Source: Octopus vulgaris
Lineage: Eukaryota
Assembly (NCBI GenBank): GCA_951406725.2
Contig: OX597815.1
Coordinates: forward strand, 80,600,001 to 80,664,000
DNA length: 64,000 nucleotides
Reading direction: 5' to 3'
Shown: in pieces, positions 16,560 to 31,094 of the stretch
Numbering within the stretch: the first letter of the stretch is position 1
Layout of the letters: the number at the start of each line of letters is the position of its first letter
Notes under the pieces: model-generated
The model's input: only the letters and a program-made list of their open reading frames with translations
What the model was told of the DNA's origin: nothing
Databases searched by the model: none
Made by a program: the position numbers and the translations under genes

Positions 16560-17940
16560 AAACTTGATAACGAATTAGAAATGGTGTGTGGAATAAAACA
16601 CCAAGCCATGTTTGAAGTGAGGACAAAAACACCAACCAGTAAATGACAACAAGCAATCAAAAATATTATAAACGCATGAGATTAATACTTAAAACAGAGC
16701 TCTCTGCTAAAAATAAGGTAATAGGCATGAATACCCTAACTGTTCAAGTTATACGTTATAGATGCACTATTCTCTGTAGGGCATTAAATGAATTAGCAAG
16801 AGTAGAAAGAAAAACAATAAACATAATGACTGCATTTTGAATGCACCAGCCGATAACTGAAATAGAAATATTATGTATTCTATGAATACAGGTATGTAGC
16901 AGCCTTATGCAACAATTATAAGATATTGGCTTTAAAACTACAAGAGTATAAATGGAAAACTAAATATAAATAGTCACAATGCTCGAACAAAACGAAATTT
17001 ATATGTTGTTTTCGAAGAAGCCAACAATTATAAAAGAAGAGTCGATAAGGCAAGAAACGGTGAAGTGAAAAGAAAAACAACATTGATTGCAAAAAATAAA
17101 TATGTATATGAAACAGAAAGAAAATAAATAAGTAAATGAAAAAGAAAGAAAAAAGAATGTAAAAGAAAGAAAGAAAGAAAGAAAGAAAGAAGGAAAGAAG
17201 GAAAGAAAGAAAGGAAACTAAGAGCGAAGCTAAAAATGAGGCTAAAGAATGCAGTGCTAAAGTGGAGACAAGAAGAATCCTTACACAGCCAATATCTTAA
17301 TAACAAACAGGGTGGGAATAGAGAAATATTGCAACACTAAGACTAAAAGTACAGGATTCGAAGTTCAGGCTGGAGGAGGCGTTTTTTTGTAAGACAGTAT
17401 CAAAGCTTTCCCACTAGAAACCACCAAAAGCAAAATCTATAAGAGAATGTAGAATTTGGAAAGACACGATGAACCATATTGTTTCTGGTTACCCAAACAT
17501 ATCTAAGAAGAGTACATTTACAAGTATGACGATGGGAGTTATAAAGTACAGACAAAACAAAAGTGGTAAAAACATAGAAGGGTATTGAGAATGGCAGTGC
17601 AACCATATTCTCGAACATGCCAAACCACACGGACAGGGAGACTAATGATTATCTGTCGAATATTATTTATAAGGGCGAGCAGCATATGAAGTGTTCCTAA
17701 TCAAGTATCAGTACCATGAGACGATAAATTTATACCCACACAGAAATGGTTAAATCCAAATCCAAACAATTAGAAATAGAAAGAACTAGAGTGTGGGGAC
17801 TGAAAGCAGAGACAATCCCTATACTAATAGGTGCTTTGGGAACGGCTGCTAAGTTTCAGACGTAAACAACGCCTCAAAATTTACACATAAGCATAACATA
17901 CAGAACAGGGTACGACTAAGCAATGCAGACATTCTGTTTA
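16560..17940 (+). mobile_element. Highly decayed R4/Dong-like LINE 3' half
   Basis: YYKRMRLILKTELSAKNKVIGMNTL..LNELARVERKT; later ..LEIERTRVWGLKAETIPILIGALG; colinear with 39936-41800. Confidence 0.75.
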
Positions 17941-17986
17941 TTACAATGGAAAACACAGTACGAAATCAAAAGAAGGCAACGGATTA

Positions 17987-19051
<1,065 letters not shown>

Positions 19052-19199
19052 GATATCTCCCACAATAATTAACGACCAAGTACCAAAGCTTACAATGTGC
19101 GGAAAGAGATCCTGTGAGACTTCTGAGAGCAGGCTGCTGTCCGCTCTCACATAATCTACAAGAGCAAACAAGACTGAGTGCTCTGAGAAGTAAAACAAT

Positions 19200-19600
19200 A
19201 ATAATAACAATCCTTTCTGCTATAGGCACAAAGACTGAAATTTTAAGGGAGGGGTTAGTCAATTACATCGACCCCAGTGGTCGTCTGTTATTTATTTTAT
19301 CAATCCCGAGATGATGAAAGACAAAGTTGACCTCGTCAAAATTTAAACTCAGACTAAAGACGGGCGAAACGCTGCTAAGCATCTTGCCATGTATGCTAGC
19401 GATTTCGATAGGTCAAAGGGTTTCAAATTTTGTTACAAGGCCAGCAATTTTAGGAAGATGGTAAGTCGACAACATTAACCTCAGAGTCTGATACTTGGTA
19501 TGAATGTTAACATTTTCATCGGAATATAACTCAGAATCTAACGAATCAGTAGAAATGCCGCTAAGCATTTCGTCCAATACTACAATGACTGGGTCATTCC
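19200..19600 (-). mobile_element. Two older tandem copies of the Nin-like SINE
   Basis: 'atgaaagacaaagttgacctcgtcaaaatttaaactcaga..gctaagcat' and 'aactcagaatcta..aaatgccgctaagcatttcg'. Confidence 0.6.
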
Positions 19601-19898
19601 ATTTCTTTAAATATTTGCAATAAATGTTTATAATATAAGTTAACAGTCAAATTGACCGCCAAATAAATTTATGGGATCCGGGAGAGACGAAATGCAACGG
19701 TGGCCTCGGTTGGATAGGATATTCGGTGATTTTGGCGGCAGTGTAACCCCAGTCCCATTACTGAAATCAGTAACAAATTATATGCACACACACACACACA
19801 CACACACAAACACGCTCACATATACATGTCTGTGTGTGCATGTAGATAGGGATACGTTTATACATACATCTAAATACATATGTATGTATACGTATGTA

Positions 19899-19989
<91 letters not shown>

Positions 19990-20069
19990 ATATGTATATA
20001 TGTACATATATGTATATATATGCATATGTATACATATAGATATAGTTATACATATGTGTATACAAGTAT

Positions 20070-21000
20070 GTGTGGGTGGAAATGGATTACAACTAATCTT
20101 TTTGATAAAGGGCTTTTCATGTGTCCTTAATTGTTTATGTTCAGTGTATAATATTAACGTTCTTAAATCCATTAGTTCATTAAACTTTTTAGACTCTCGC
20201 TCCCATCAGCTAAATGGAATGACTGTAGCATTGGCGTGTAGTCTGCTGAATTTGCAGTCGGGAACCAGGGATCATAGAAAAACCGTTGTAACTAATATGA
20301 TCATGAGCGGCGTTTTAAAATCTATGCAATAGTTCACGCCCAGTTTATTCCATGGTTTATCTTACGTGTATTTTATCTAATTCTGTGTAGGTATTTTGGG
20401 TTGTAAAGCTTATATAGTTAATCTTATAATGTGTGTGTTTGTATGCATGTGTGTGTAAGTCTATATGGAAGTGTATTGCTGTGAATTAATAATTACCATC
20501 CAATACTTTTTTTATTTCGTGTGCTGTATATATAATGTACTTCAATTATTCTGTTAGACATGTCTATCGACGTTAGATTATAATAAATGTGTGGCCGATT
20601 TAACAGTTTAAGTCATGAAATATACAATTTTATTGTTTGCATAGAAATTTGCATATTACATTGGTTGTCTGAAGCACATTCTGTGGTTTGCTACAGTGTG
20701 GCTTTTCTACTATGTTTCTTTTTTTTCTGTAATATATTCTAACCACAAGTTTGTGGCTGGGTGTGTTTTATATTGTAAGTTTTTTTTTTGTAATAACATA
20801 CTCATTTATTCTGTTACCAGATTGAATTTAAATTTTCTTGCTTACTATATTTAGACTTATTTAGTGGACAAGAAACTGGCGTGTGAATTGTCTTTGATGT
20901 TTTAAATCTTTGAAGGCACTCATGACTTCTGTGCTTGGAATGGCAGTTGCATCTTTAGTGTAAACTGAAGTGTTATTTGCATGATCCCTTATTGCTACAT
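20070..21000 (-). mobile_element. Possible very decayed PLE N-terminal ORF region
   Basis: Minus-strand ..HEKPFIKKISCNPFPP only loosely resembles the PLE N-terminal 'F..KS.W.PP' motif; strand-skewed composition. Confidence 0.25.
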
Positions 21001-21517
21001 ACCCAACAAAGGAGTTGTTTGTAGTCCATGTTTATGTTTGATACATGATGGATGATGTTTGACATATGATGATAAATTTAAGGATGGAATTATTTACGAG
21101 GTCATCTATAATTTTATCTGCCGATTTTACCATATTTTTTTACAATAAACATGTCCCTGACGTAACTCGTATAGATGATATGACTACGTACAGAAAAATC
21201 TTGATTTTTCTAAGTTAACCTTTAAAGAACGCAGTGATCTGAAGCTCCGACTGGATAAACCGTAGTCAAGTCATACGTTATGGTGTATAGATTTTCTTGT
21301 AGACAACTATATGAGATACGGTTGTATAAGCGATTTCTTGTTATATTAGGCGGATTTTGTTAAGTAGATGTACAGATAACTTCTCATGTTTATGCTCATT
21401 GTTTCCATGATTTAAAGACTGGCAAAAATATATCATCCATCGTCTCAGTGTAAAATATCTAAAGTCAAATATTAAAATTCCCTAAAAGGATCGAAATAGC
21501 GCAGTTTCATATTTATG

Positions 21518-21583
<66 letters not shown>

Positions 21584-23231
21584 TATACACACGATAGGAG
21601 AGAGAGAAAGCCATATTTAGAGAATGGAAAGGAACCTGAAATTTTAAATCTCAATATGGCTCTGTGCTTGTATTTGAAATATGTATGTGCGTGTATGTGT
21701 GTATTTATATCCCTATGTATGTATGTGTATATATGCATGTGTGTGTGTGTGTGTGTGTGTGTACTACGCCTATGTTAATTCAATATACTGTAATATACGT
21801 GCTCATTAGAACACTTAAAATTTGTCATGCGTTTACCATAAAATGCAGATACTTTACTACAATGGTTTTAAGTACAGAAATATGGTGCTGCAATTTCAGC
21901 TTGTACTGCTGTTTTTATTTTTATTCTGATACTTTGTCGTTGGCAATGAAGATATCGTAGCTGTCACAGATTCTCGAGGGTTCTTTTTTAATGTGTCTGG
22001 TAGGACAAAACACCTGCAGCCGATTTGCAAAATCATAAATTGTGAACAGCTAATCCAGTACATCATCTGCTCAGCATTTTCCTCTTCTAATATAGATCAA
22101 TGTTATGCATTGATAGACCGTTCTATCCAAACTAACGTTAATAAAGGACTAGCTACAAATAAATATACAAATATTTACAATGGAAAGTAGGTCGGAATGT
22201 ATAACATTAGGCCAATGTACGGAAAAGGATATTGGTAGTTGATTGATCAGCAAACAGATATGAGACACTGGATACAGATCATTGAAGTTTGCTGCTTGAA
22301 AATCCACACTCCTACTGTATCTGTGTGTTTTACCTCGTTCATAACTAAATATGGAAAAAGTAACATACTATTGAGTGGACACTATATATTGAAAATATAC
22401 AAATTTATTGTGATTGTTGACGTTCTTGAATAAAGGGCGGAGAACATCTGAGATCAAGTTGTGAGTAATACGGTGAGTCATGTCAGCATATTCACCACAA
22501 TTTATAGTTGAATGGAAAATGATATTTTTTTAAAACTGATCATGACCTTTGAGTGAGGGTGGAGTCAAACGATTGATCATCATATCTTTCGTATCTCTTA
22601 TCTACTAAACTATACAACAATTGTGTCTAGTCAAAAAAATGTTTAACTTTGAAAAATAAAATATGGCCTCAATTGAGGTGTATGTTGAGGCGTAGTGGAA
22701 GTTAAGAAAGTTATCTGAATACAGATTCATGTACGTCTTTTATGTATATGAATGATACGTTTTAGAGTGAGTGTGTATGTGTATAACGAGAATGAGAGTA
22801 TGAAAGAGAGAGGCACGCACACACACACACACGCACACATTCACACACGGAGAGAGAGAGAGAGAGAGAGAGAGCAGAGATTCTCATAGGAAAATGAAAA
22901 TAAACAAGCAGGACTCATCAACACTTTATATGTCTACATTATAGACACATTAATGATGAGTGTTCGATAACAGTGGCCAAAGAGAGAGAGAGAGAAAAAA
23001 AAATGATGCTTTATTCATTCAGTCAATCATTGATTGAATTATTTATTTATTTGTCTATTTTTGTTTCATTCATTATATATCTCTTGATTGTTTGCCTCGT
23101 ATATATATATATGCTTTTCAACTTTTTTGTCGTTATTTTTTCTTTGATTATGAATTGGTGAGAAGGAAAAAAATCAAGCATCCGCCACATTGCCTAGTCT
23201 ATATGAGTGTGTATGTGTTTCTCTTTGTCTT

Positions 23232-23265
<34 letters not shown>

Positions 23266-23299
23266 CATACAGAGAAACGCGCACATATAATAGACAAGA

Positions 23300-23363
<64 letters not shown>

Positions 23364-23652
23364 ATATATATATATATATATATGATTTGTATATATGTAT
23401 GTATGCATGTGAATGTGAATGTATGTGTGTGTGTGTATCTATAAAACGATGACAATGAAAAGCAGACGTTTGCCAAACGCTAACAATAGTTTTTACAATG
23501 AAGGGGAAAAAACTGATGGAGCACAACGTTTACAGAAAGGAGATCGGCGGTGTTTAATAGAATGCCCAGAAGATCGAAGTTTTTAGAATGACAGAAGAAA
23601 CAATTAGCAACGTTATAAAAAGGGAAAATGACATAAGAACAGAATGTTATGG

Positions 23653-23687
<35 letters not shown>

Positions 23688-23719
23688 AGAAAGAAGAGGG
23701 GGAGATAGTATGAAGAAAG

Positions 23720-23750
<31 letters not shown>

Positions 23751-24065
23751 AGAGGAGAAAGGAGAGGGGGAGAGAGTGTGGAGAGAGGAGAGAGAGAGAG
23801 ATTTGGAAGGGAAATGAGAGAAAGATAGAAGTTAGATACTGAACTATTTATCGCAATTCATATTCCCATTCTTCTACTGATTCTAGTCATTGGACTATGG
23901 CTAAGCATAGTGCGTCCGTACTTATCTTATCAAACACAGTGTAACGAAGGGTAAGGTTTTTATCTTATTTACAATGAATACAGTCGTAACTCGAAGCAAT
24001 ATCGTAATACAGCGGCATATACAAATGCATACACACATAGGCACACACACACACACGTATGTATG

Positions 24066-24134
<69 letters not shown>

Positions 24135-24135
<1 letters not shown>

Positions 24136-24518
24136 CTTTTATCTTTAACATGTTTTAGTCATGCAGCTATGCTGGGGCACCACCTTGAATTATTAATCGA
24201 ATGAATTAACGCAGTAGTTATTCTATCGGTCTCTTTGCCGGTCCACTAAGTTACACACCAACACCGGTTGTTAAGTGGTGATGGAGGAACAAACACAGAC
24301 ACACACATAAATATATACATATATGCATATATATATACGACGGGCTTTCAGTTTCCGTCTACCAAATTCACTCTTAAGGCCTTGGTCGGCCCGAAGCTAT
24401 AGTAGACGATACATTTCCAAGGATCCACGCAGTGGGACTCAACCCACTATATATAGGCGCAGGCGTGACTGTGTGGTTAAGAAACTTGCTTACCAACCAC
24501 GTTGTTCCGGGTTGAGTT
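24135..24518. mobile_element. K-type SINE (minus, about 24135-24450) plus a truncated plus-strand head (about 24454-24518)
   Basis: 'cggcccgaagctatagtagacga..cagtgggactcaaccc', then 'aggcgcaggcgtgactgtgtggttaagaaacttgcttaccaaccac'. Confidence 0.75.
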
Positions 24519-24529
24519 TGTATTTGAAT

Positions 24530-24562
<33 letters not shown>

Positions 24563-24567
<5 letters not shown>

Positions 24568-24750
24568 ATTCAAATACAGAATTCAAATAAACGAATAAAA
24601 CGGACAACATGAGGACACGCATAAGAAATATATATCAGCATGAGACTTGGTGAAAGGAGAGAGTTTGACATGTCGAACACAGATCTTTGCAGGAAACGAA
24701 AAAGGGAGATGTCCAAAGAAGGAAAGAAAATCACCAACGACACACGTATA
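24563..24750 (-). mobile_element. PLE pseudo-LTR fragment with decayed hammerhead
   Basis: Minus strand gttt-cctgcaaa-gatc tgt gttc-gacat-GTC-aaac is a decayed version of the motif at 54584-54618; flanked by (AT)n. Confidence 0.5.
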
Positions 24751-24825
<75 letters not shown>

Positions 24826-25400
24826 TAACAAAATAAAGTTATAAGGTACCGCACGAGTGGAAATATATATGAAAGAAGGTTTGAAAATGCAATTTTAAAG
24901 ATGTTTATTCACTTGACCGGTTTCACTTTTTTAGAAAAAGAATGTCAAGAGTAAAATGTAAAGCTTTGTATAAGCATTGTTGTTTTAAGTACTGGTTGTC
25001 ACAAAAGTATCAATATACAGATATACATTCTTTGATAATAATAACAAATGCAATTTACAAGAAAGTATTTAAGAAAGTAATCAGAACGGGACTCCAAAAA
25101 GTATTATGAGTTCAATAACAATCATGTTTGTATATACACATAAGAGAAAATGTCAGAAAGGCAGGTCAGTTATTCTTCTACAATGTTTTGTAAATTCTTA
25201 AATATATCTCCTTCTGTGTATATATATACACTTTCTGCAACTTTGTGGCCTCTGAGCAGGTATCGCACAAGACAACTATCTCCGGAGTTAATGTCGACCT
25301 GCCGAGAGATGTCTAGGTGGATGAAGCTTAGGTGCAGTAGGTCAGTTAGAAATACAGAATAGCTTCAGTTGCATACACTAAAATGTTGTAGCAGGTAATT
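24826..25400 (-). mobile_element. PLE pseudo-LTR with hammerhead-like motif and long stem II insert
   Basis: Minus strand: CTGATTA (25078-25084) ... GAAAC-CG-GTC (24915-24924; palindromic ACCGGT), then AATAAA. Confidence 0.5.
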
Positions 25401-25508
25401 CAATTAGGTCGTTCATAGATAGCATGAAGAATGTGAGGACAATAGCGAAACATGGGGCCCAAAAGTTAGACAACATTTGCCAATGTCCAGACTACTACTA
25501 TAAGTGCT

Positions 25509-25881
25509 GTGGAGGCGCAATGGCCCAGTGGTTAGGGCAGCGGACTCGCGGTTTCGATTCCCAGACCGGGCGTTGTGAGTGTTTATTGAGCGAAAACACC
25601 TAAAGCTCCACGAGGCTCCGGCAGGGGATGGTGGTGATCCCTGCTGTACTCTTTCACCACAACTTTCTCTCACTCTTACTTCCTGTTTCTGTTGTACCTG
25701 TATTTCAAAGGGCCGGCCTTGTCACTCTCTGTGTCACGCTGAATATCCCCGAGAACTACGTTAAGGGTACACGTGTCTGTGGAGTGCTCAGCCACTTACA
25801 CGTTAATTTCACGAACAGGCTGTTCCGTTGATCGGATCAACCGGAACCCTCGTCGTCGTAACCGACGGAGTGCTTCCATCC
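25509..25881 (+). mobile_element. tRNA-derived SINE, R-type head with 3' tail A, 12-bp TSD
   Basis: A and B boxes; tail '...cgtcgtcgtaaccgacggagtgcttccatcc'; TSD ACTATAAGTGCT at 25497-25508 and 25882-25893. Confidence 0.93.
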
Positions 25882-26837
25882 ACTATAAGTGCTACTGCTG
25901 ATGATGATATTCATGCTGTTGTTGCTGTGATCCGTTGTTACATCAGGCATTTCATAACTATTGATATTACTAAAGCCATATTGTTTCCCACTAGTAATCC
26001 TAATAGCGATACATACAGGTATTACACAGTTTAAAGCAAGCAAGATTTTGAAACAGAAATGTTAAAACGTCCTATTTGCGGCGCTTTTTATGTCTGATAT
26101 TCACTGCATATGGAATACCTTATGATTCATCCATTTGAATGTACAAAATACGCAGTACAAACTAAAAAAAAAAAAGTCATTATATAACGTGAAACTGGAA
26201 AGATAGCGCGAGTTTTCGTTCAATGAAAATTGACATCTGGTCGGAGAACCTCTCACTGGAACTCTTTGAAAGATTCCCTTAAAATAACCAGAAAAACTGA
26301 TGTTGGGAACAGTAGTTTCCACCATCATCTTTTCACTAAAAATGCCTCAAAAGGTACATATTTTATAGATTCTTATCTACTTTATCTCACCAGCTATGTA
26401 CATTCGTATTCATTGATAGTGAACGGAGAATATCAGTCAAGTGGGAGATCAGCTTCTCTTGCAAATATGTAAAGGAAATTACATTACATCCTCAATTTCA
26501 TCATTTTCTCCTCTCTTTATCTAAAACATCATATATAGGAATATATGTTCATGTACGTGTGTGTGGTGCACACTTGTTTGTGTATAAATGCGTGTATTTA
26601 TGTATACGTATATAAATCATTTACCAGGGAACTACATCTATATATATATATATATATAAGCGCGTAAGTGTGTGGTAGTCTGTATATATGTACATATGTG
26701 TGTGTTTGTATTTATGTAGGCGTTTATTCGTGTAGATTTGAGAATGTATAACAGCGGATATACATAACAGCACACAATGAGAGTAAACATGCTATATTTA
26801 TATATGTGTGTGTGTGTGTATCTATATTTACATCTAT

Positions 26838-28303
26838 CTCTTGAGCCACTACTGCGGAAGCTGGCGACTCTAAGGGGCATCCCGCGAGAATTGGGATGCG
26901 GGACGAGCGTGTCTGCATACGCGGACGACGTCACCGTCATAGTGTCTAGCCACGAGCACATCGAGCTGGTCGGCGAGACACTGAAAAACTACGAAGCGGT
27001 GACAGGAGCGAAAATCAACCGGGAAAAGTCAGTGGGCTTGCGACTAGGCACCTGGAGAAGCAAGCCCATGCCGTCCACTAGCGCCTCCGTTGTGGGACGC
27101 TGGACCGACGGCCCGGTTGAGTTGCTCGGGGTCTGGTTTGGTCCGGACCTCCAAGTGGAGAAGAACTGGAACGAGATAACGAGTAGGGTGGTCACTCTCG
27201 CCCGGCAATGGGCCGAGAGGAAACTGTCCCTAAAAGGTCGAGCGGAGGTGGCGAACACGTACATCGCGTCCGTCATCTACTACCGCCTGACCGTCGTACC
27301 TTGTCCCGACCCTACCATCACCAAACTACAACGCATCCTCTTTCGCTTTTTGTGGAAAGGATGCGTCCCGATGGTCAGGCGATCCATTTGCTGTCAACAC
27401 CCGTTAAAAGGAGGGCTGGGCATGCCGTGGTTGATGATGCGCAGACACGCGCTGAGACTGCGACATCTCTGGCTCTATGTAGACGACGGTGAACAGGTGT
27501 GGTCGCCGTTTGTGAGGCACGCTTTCCCGCAGCTCGTCTCCATGACCGAACTGCAGTCGTGGATCAAAAAGAGGCCGAGGAAGGGCGAATGGCACCGCGA
27601 GTGTCGCGTTGCTCTCAAGCAACTCTGCCGTCCTGGGTCGACCTTAAGTAACTTCAACACAACCAAAGTATTCTATAGGGGTTTAGTGGAGGGGAGGTAC
27701 GACGACGAGCTCGGGGCGAACCTGGACGTCGACGAGGAGTACCTGACCCGCCTGTTCAGGACGACTTTCGGGCCAGGGCCCATGGACAACTTCCAGAGAT
27801 CCCTGGCCTGGCAGTGCTACCGAGAAGCGCTACCCGTTCGGGATAAGCTCTACAGACACGGCTCGAGAAACACAGGGCCGACCTGCCCGAGATGCGGTCA
27901 GAGCGACGAAACCGTTCTGCACGCACTCGTTCAGTGTCCAACAATTTCCGACCTGTGGGCTTATGTCGAACAACTGCTGTCACGTGTGGGACGAGTCGGT
28001 TTATCAGCTGAGTCTATCGTCAATATTGTCACGCCTCCTTCCTTCAAACGGGAAGGAAGAGCTATTTTCATCATCCTTGTGGCTATGGCGAAAGAATGTA
28101 TCTGGTGGACGCGTCTGAAAGGATTGGAGACAAACACTTTCCTCTCTGGTCAATCTCTCATCAACTTCTTCAAGTACCACTTGAAAAGGAAAGTGAGAGT
28201 AGAGAGGCAAGTTTTGTCTAGCGAATGTTTTAAAAAAAGATGGGTGAATGTAGCAAGAATGGCACGTATGAATGACGAAGCCACCTTGAGCATAGTCCTA
28301 TGA
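26838..28303 (+). CDS. Partial ORF2: RT C-terminal subdomains (YADD) and CCHC zf-RVT (CPRC..H..C)
   Basis: No stop codon from the junction to 28303. The predicted start at 26777 lies in flanking microsatellite and is spurious. Confidence 0.85.
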
Positions 28304-28683
28304 ACCCAGAAATCGAAAACAGAGAGTTGCTTATTTGCAAAAAAAAAAAAAAAAAAAAAAAGAAATATAAAATGTGACTCCATTGACCGAGGTTACCGTG
28401 GTCTTTTCCGTAGGCTTTTCTTTCCACGGGTAAACCTCACCTGTCCTCCCCTTTACACCTCATATTGACATTTCTGTGATAACGATCCCTATTGATCAAT
28501 TTTTTTCCTCCCCCCTTTTTTTTAACCCCCCTTTTTTTGTCCTCTTTCTCTCCTTTTACGATCCCTTTTGATCGAAACTCCCCCTTCCTTTTTTTTTTTT
28601 CTTTTTTTCTAACCCTTCAAAAGAAAAGCTCTACCTTGTAATTTGTTCTATCTGTGGGCAGCCCGGTGTGGCTAATAAAGACA

Positions 28684-28684
<1 letters not shown>
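26838..28684 (+). mobile_element. 5'-truncated Tx1/L1-clade non-LTR retrotransposon (ORF2 C-half and 3' UTR)
   Basis: Open frame LEPLLRKL..SAYADDVTV..LLGVWFG..GGLGMP; 3' UTR with AATAAA at 28674-28679 followed by (TATC)n. Confidence 0.92.
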
Positions 28685-28885
<201 letters not shown>

Positions 28886-29447
28886 ATCTTTTGTTTTAGT
28901 GCAATCTAATTGATAACCTGGGAATACATAAGCGACCAAACTTTCCGCTAACGCATGAATTTGTGGTCTCCAGTGATGTCTGGTCGACGAATGAAGTTCA
29001 GGGAATTTCTTTCTCCGCTTTTGGTCTTTTAACCTCCAGGGACTAACAGACTAAAGAGATTTTCTTGACTAAGATTTTTTTGAATGTCTATATATACACA
29101 CACGTACACACTCCCGTAAGCACAGCTCACAAGCACAAATATAAAAACATACGCGTACATACAGATGTATTGAATACGAGATTGTGTTCTAGTCTTATCG
29201 CTTTTATCAAGATTCTTTTCCCCATTTTCAAACTAAAACATAAAGAAAATAATTTGATAACAAAATGAATTTACAAAGTTTAAGAAACCGAGCAGACCTA
29301 GTACTCAGAAATAGTAAAGTTCATAAAAATATCATCATTTCAAGACTTACTTAATCTCATCTATTCTAATATTGTGCTGCAACTATCACTTAATATTCGT
29401 CAATCGTTTATTCTGCCAAAGCACAGCGCAATGCTGATTTTTTTTTC

Positions 29448-29647
29448 CTCTTTTACTTGTTTCAGTCATTTGACTGCGGCCATGCTGGAGCACCGCCTTT
29501 AGTCGAGCAAATCGACCCAGGGACTTATTCTTTGTAAACCCAGGACTTATTCTATCGGTCTCTTTTTGCCGAACCGCTAAGTGACGGGGACGTAAACGCA
29601 CCAGCATCGGTTGTCAAGCAATGCTAGGGGGACAAACACAGACACAC

Positions 29648-29680
<33 letters not shown>

Positions 29681-29875
29681 CGATAGGCTTCTTTCAGTTT
29701 CCGTCTACCAAATCCACTCACAAGGCATTGATCGGTCCGGGGCTATAGCAGAAGACACTTGCCCAAGATGCCACGCAGTGGGACTGAACCCGGAACTATG
29801 TGGTTGGTAAGCAAGCTACTTACCACACAGCCACTCCTGCGCCTAGCTACTTACCACACAGCCACTCCTGCGCCT
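29448..29875 (-). mobile_element. Full-length K-type SINE with duplicated 31-bp 5' head
   Basis: A box TGGCTGTGTGG, B box GGTTCAGTCCC; 'agctacttaccacacagccactcctgcgcct' occurs at 29814-29844 and 29845-29875. Confidence 0.92.
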
Positions 29876-30184
29876 GATGTGTATATACACAACATGTACA
29901 TATCTAATAAGTATCTAATGACAAATAGATGTAACAGTCAAAATCGAAGTAGCCTTTACGTTAATCCTTTTGAACATTCCTGTTTTAAAGAGGTAGAAAC
30001 ATACGTTAACGTTACTCACGTCACTTTTAGGATGAAATTATGAGGATCTCGAAACGTTGATGATAAATTCAGAAAGTTGTGAGTTCCAAAGTGCAAAGAT
30101 TTTGTAGAAAAATATAAAGAAAAAACTGGCAGAAGCTTGAAACGGTCAGTACACACACACACATACACACACACACGCACGCAT

Positions 30185-30215
<31 letters not shown>

Positions 30216-30363
30216 CGGTTAAGTAATTGAGATTCTAGTGAATTCTAAAGAATTCACATGAATATGGTCCTTAACTAGGATGCACCGGAAATCTATATGG
30301 TGTTAACCATACGACAAGTGGGGTGATTACAAATAGGAAAAAAGCAACAAGAATGGATTAAAA

Positions 30364-30450
30364 TCTCGGTACGATCGTTTCGTACGAGGACATCTTTAAT
30401 AAGCTACAAAAATGCAGTGAATACAGATGGCTCGTACTCGTCAGCCGAAA
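30364..30450 (-). ncRNA. Minimal type I hammerhead ribozyme (candidate)
   Basis: Reverse complement of the 30982-31068 motif. Confidence 0.75.
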
Positions 30451-30981
30451 AAACATCAGAGAATTCCCAAACATCAAAAGGGGTAGATACAAAAGAGGTT
30501 GTAAGATTAACTGCATTGAAGAAAGTTCGATTCATGGAGATCCGATGAAAGGTTTTAAACTTACAGAATTTGTGCATGTCTACATATAGCTCATATTGAA
30601 TTTTTTATCAAGTTGTGTGAAGAAATTTTCGGATACAGTCATGCAAAATTTCTGAAAATCCGAGTAAGAGGCAAAGTGACTGCCATATCATGTAGAGGAA
30701 ATTCTGAGTAAAAGCAAAGTGACTGCAATATCGTGTAGAGGAACAGATTGTTATTGAAATTTACAAGAATCGCAGATAAGTTCGATTCTTGGAGATCCGA
30801 TGAAAAGTCTTGAACTTACAGAATATGTGCATGTCCTTACAGTTCATAATCCAGTTTTGTGAAGAGATTTAGGGTACAATCATGCGAAAAATATCAGGGA
30901 ATCCGAATGAGAAGCAAAATGACAGTCTTACAACCTCTTTTGTATCTACCCCTTTTGATGTTTGGGAATTCTCTGATGTTT

Positions 30982-31068
30982 TTTCGGCTGACGAGTACGA
31001 GCCATCTGGATTCACTGCATTTTTGTAGCTTATTAAAGATGTCCTCGTACGAAACGATCGTACCGAGA
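30982..31068 (+). ncRNA. Minimal type I hammerhead ribozyme (candidate)
   Basis: Stem I tttcgg/ccgaga; core CTGACGA 30988-30994; stem II GTACGAG/CTCGTAC; GAAAC 31051-31055; palindromic stem III ACGATCGT; cleavage triplet GUA 31060-31062. Confidence 0.8.
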
Positions 31069-31094
31069 TTTTAATCCATTCTTGTTGCTTTTTT

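Noticed and set aside
21960-22760. Unique-looking stretch that might hold an exon or DNA transposon relic
   Set aside because: No recognisable motif or supported splice structure
26777-26837. N-terminus of the 508-aa ORF
   Set aside because: Lies in flanking SSR; retroelement homology begins at about 26838, so it is not a genuine start
30036-30062. TTATGAG-gat-CTC-GAAACGTT hammerhead-like string
   Set aside because: The core CUGA is missing and there is no stem I; it cannot be distinguished from chance
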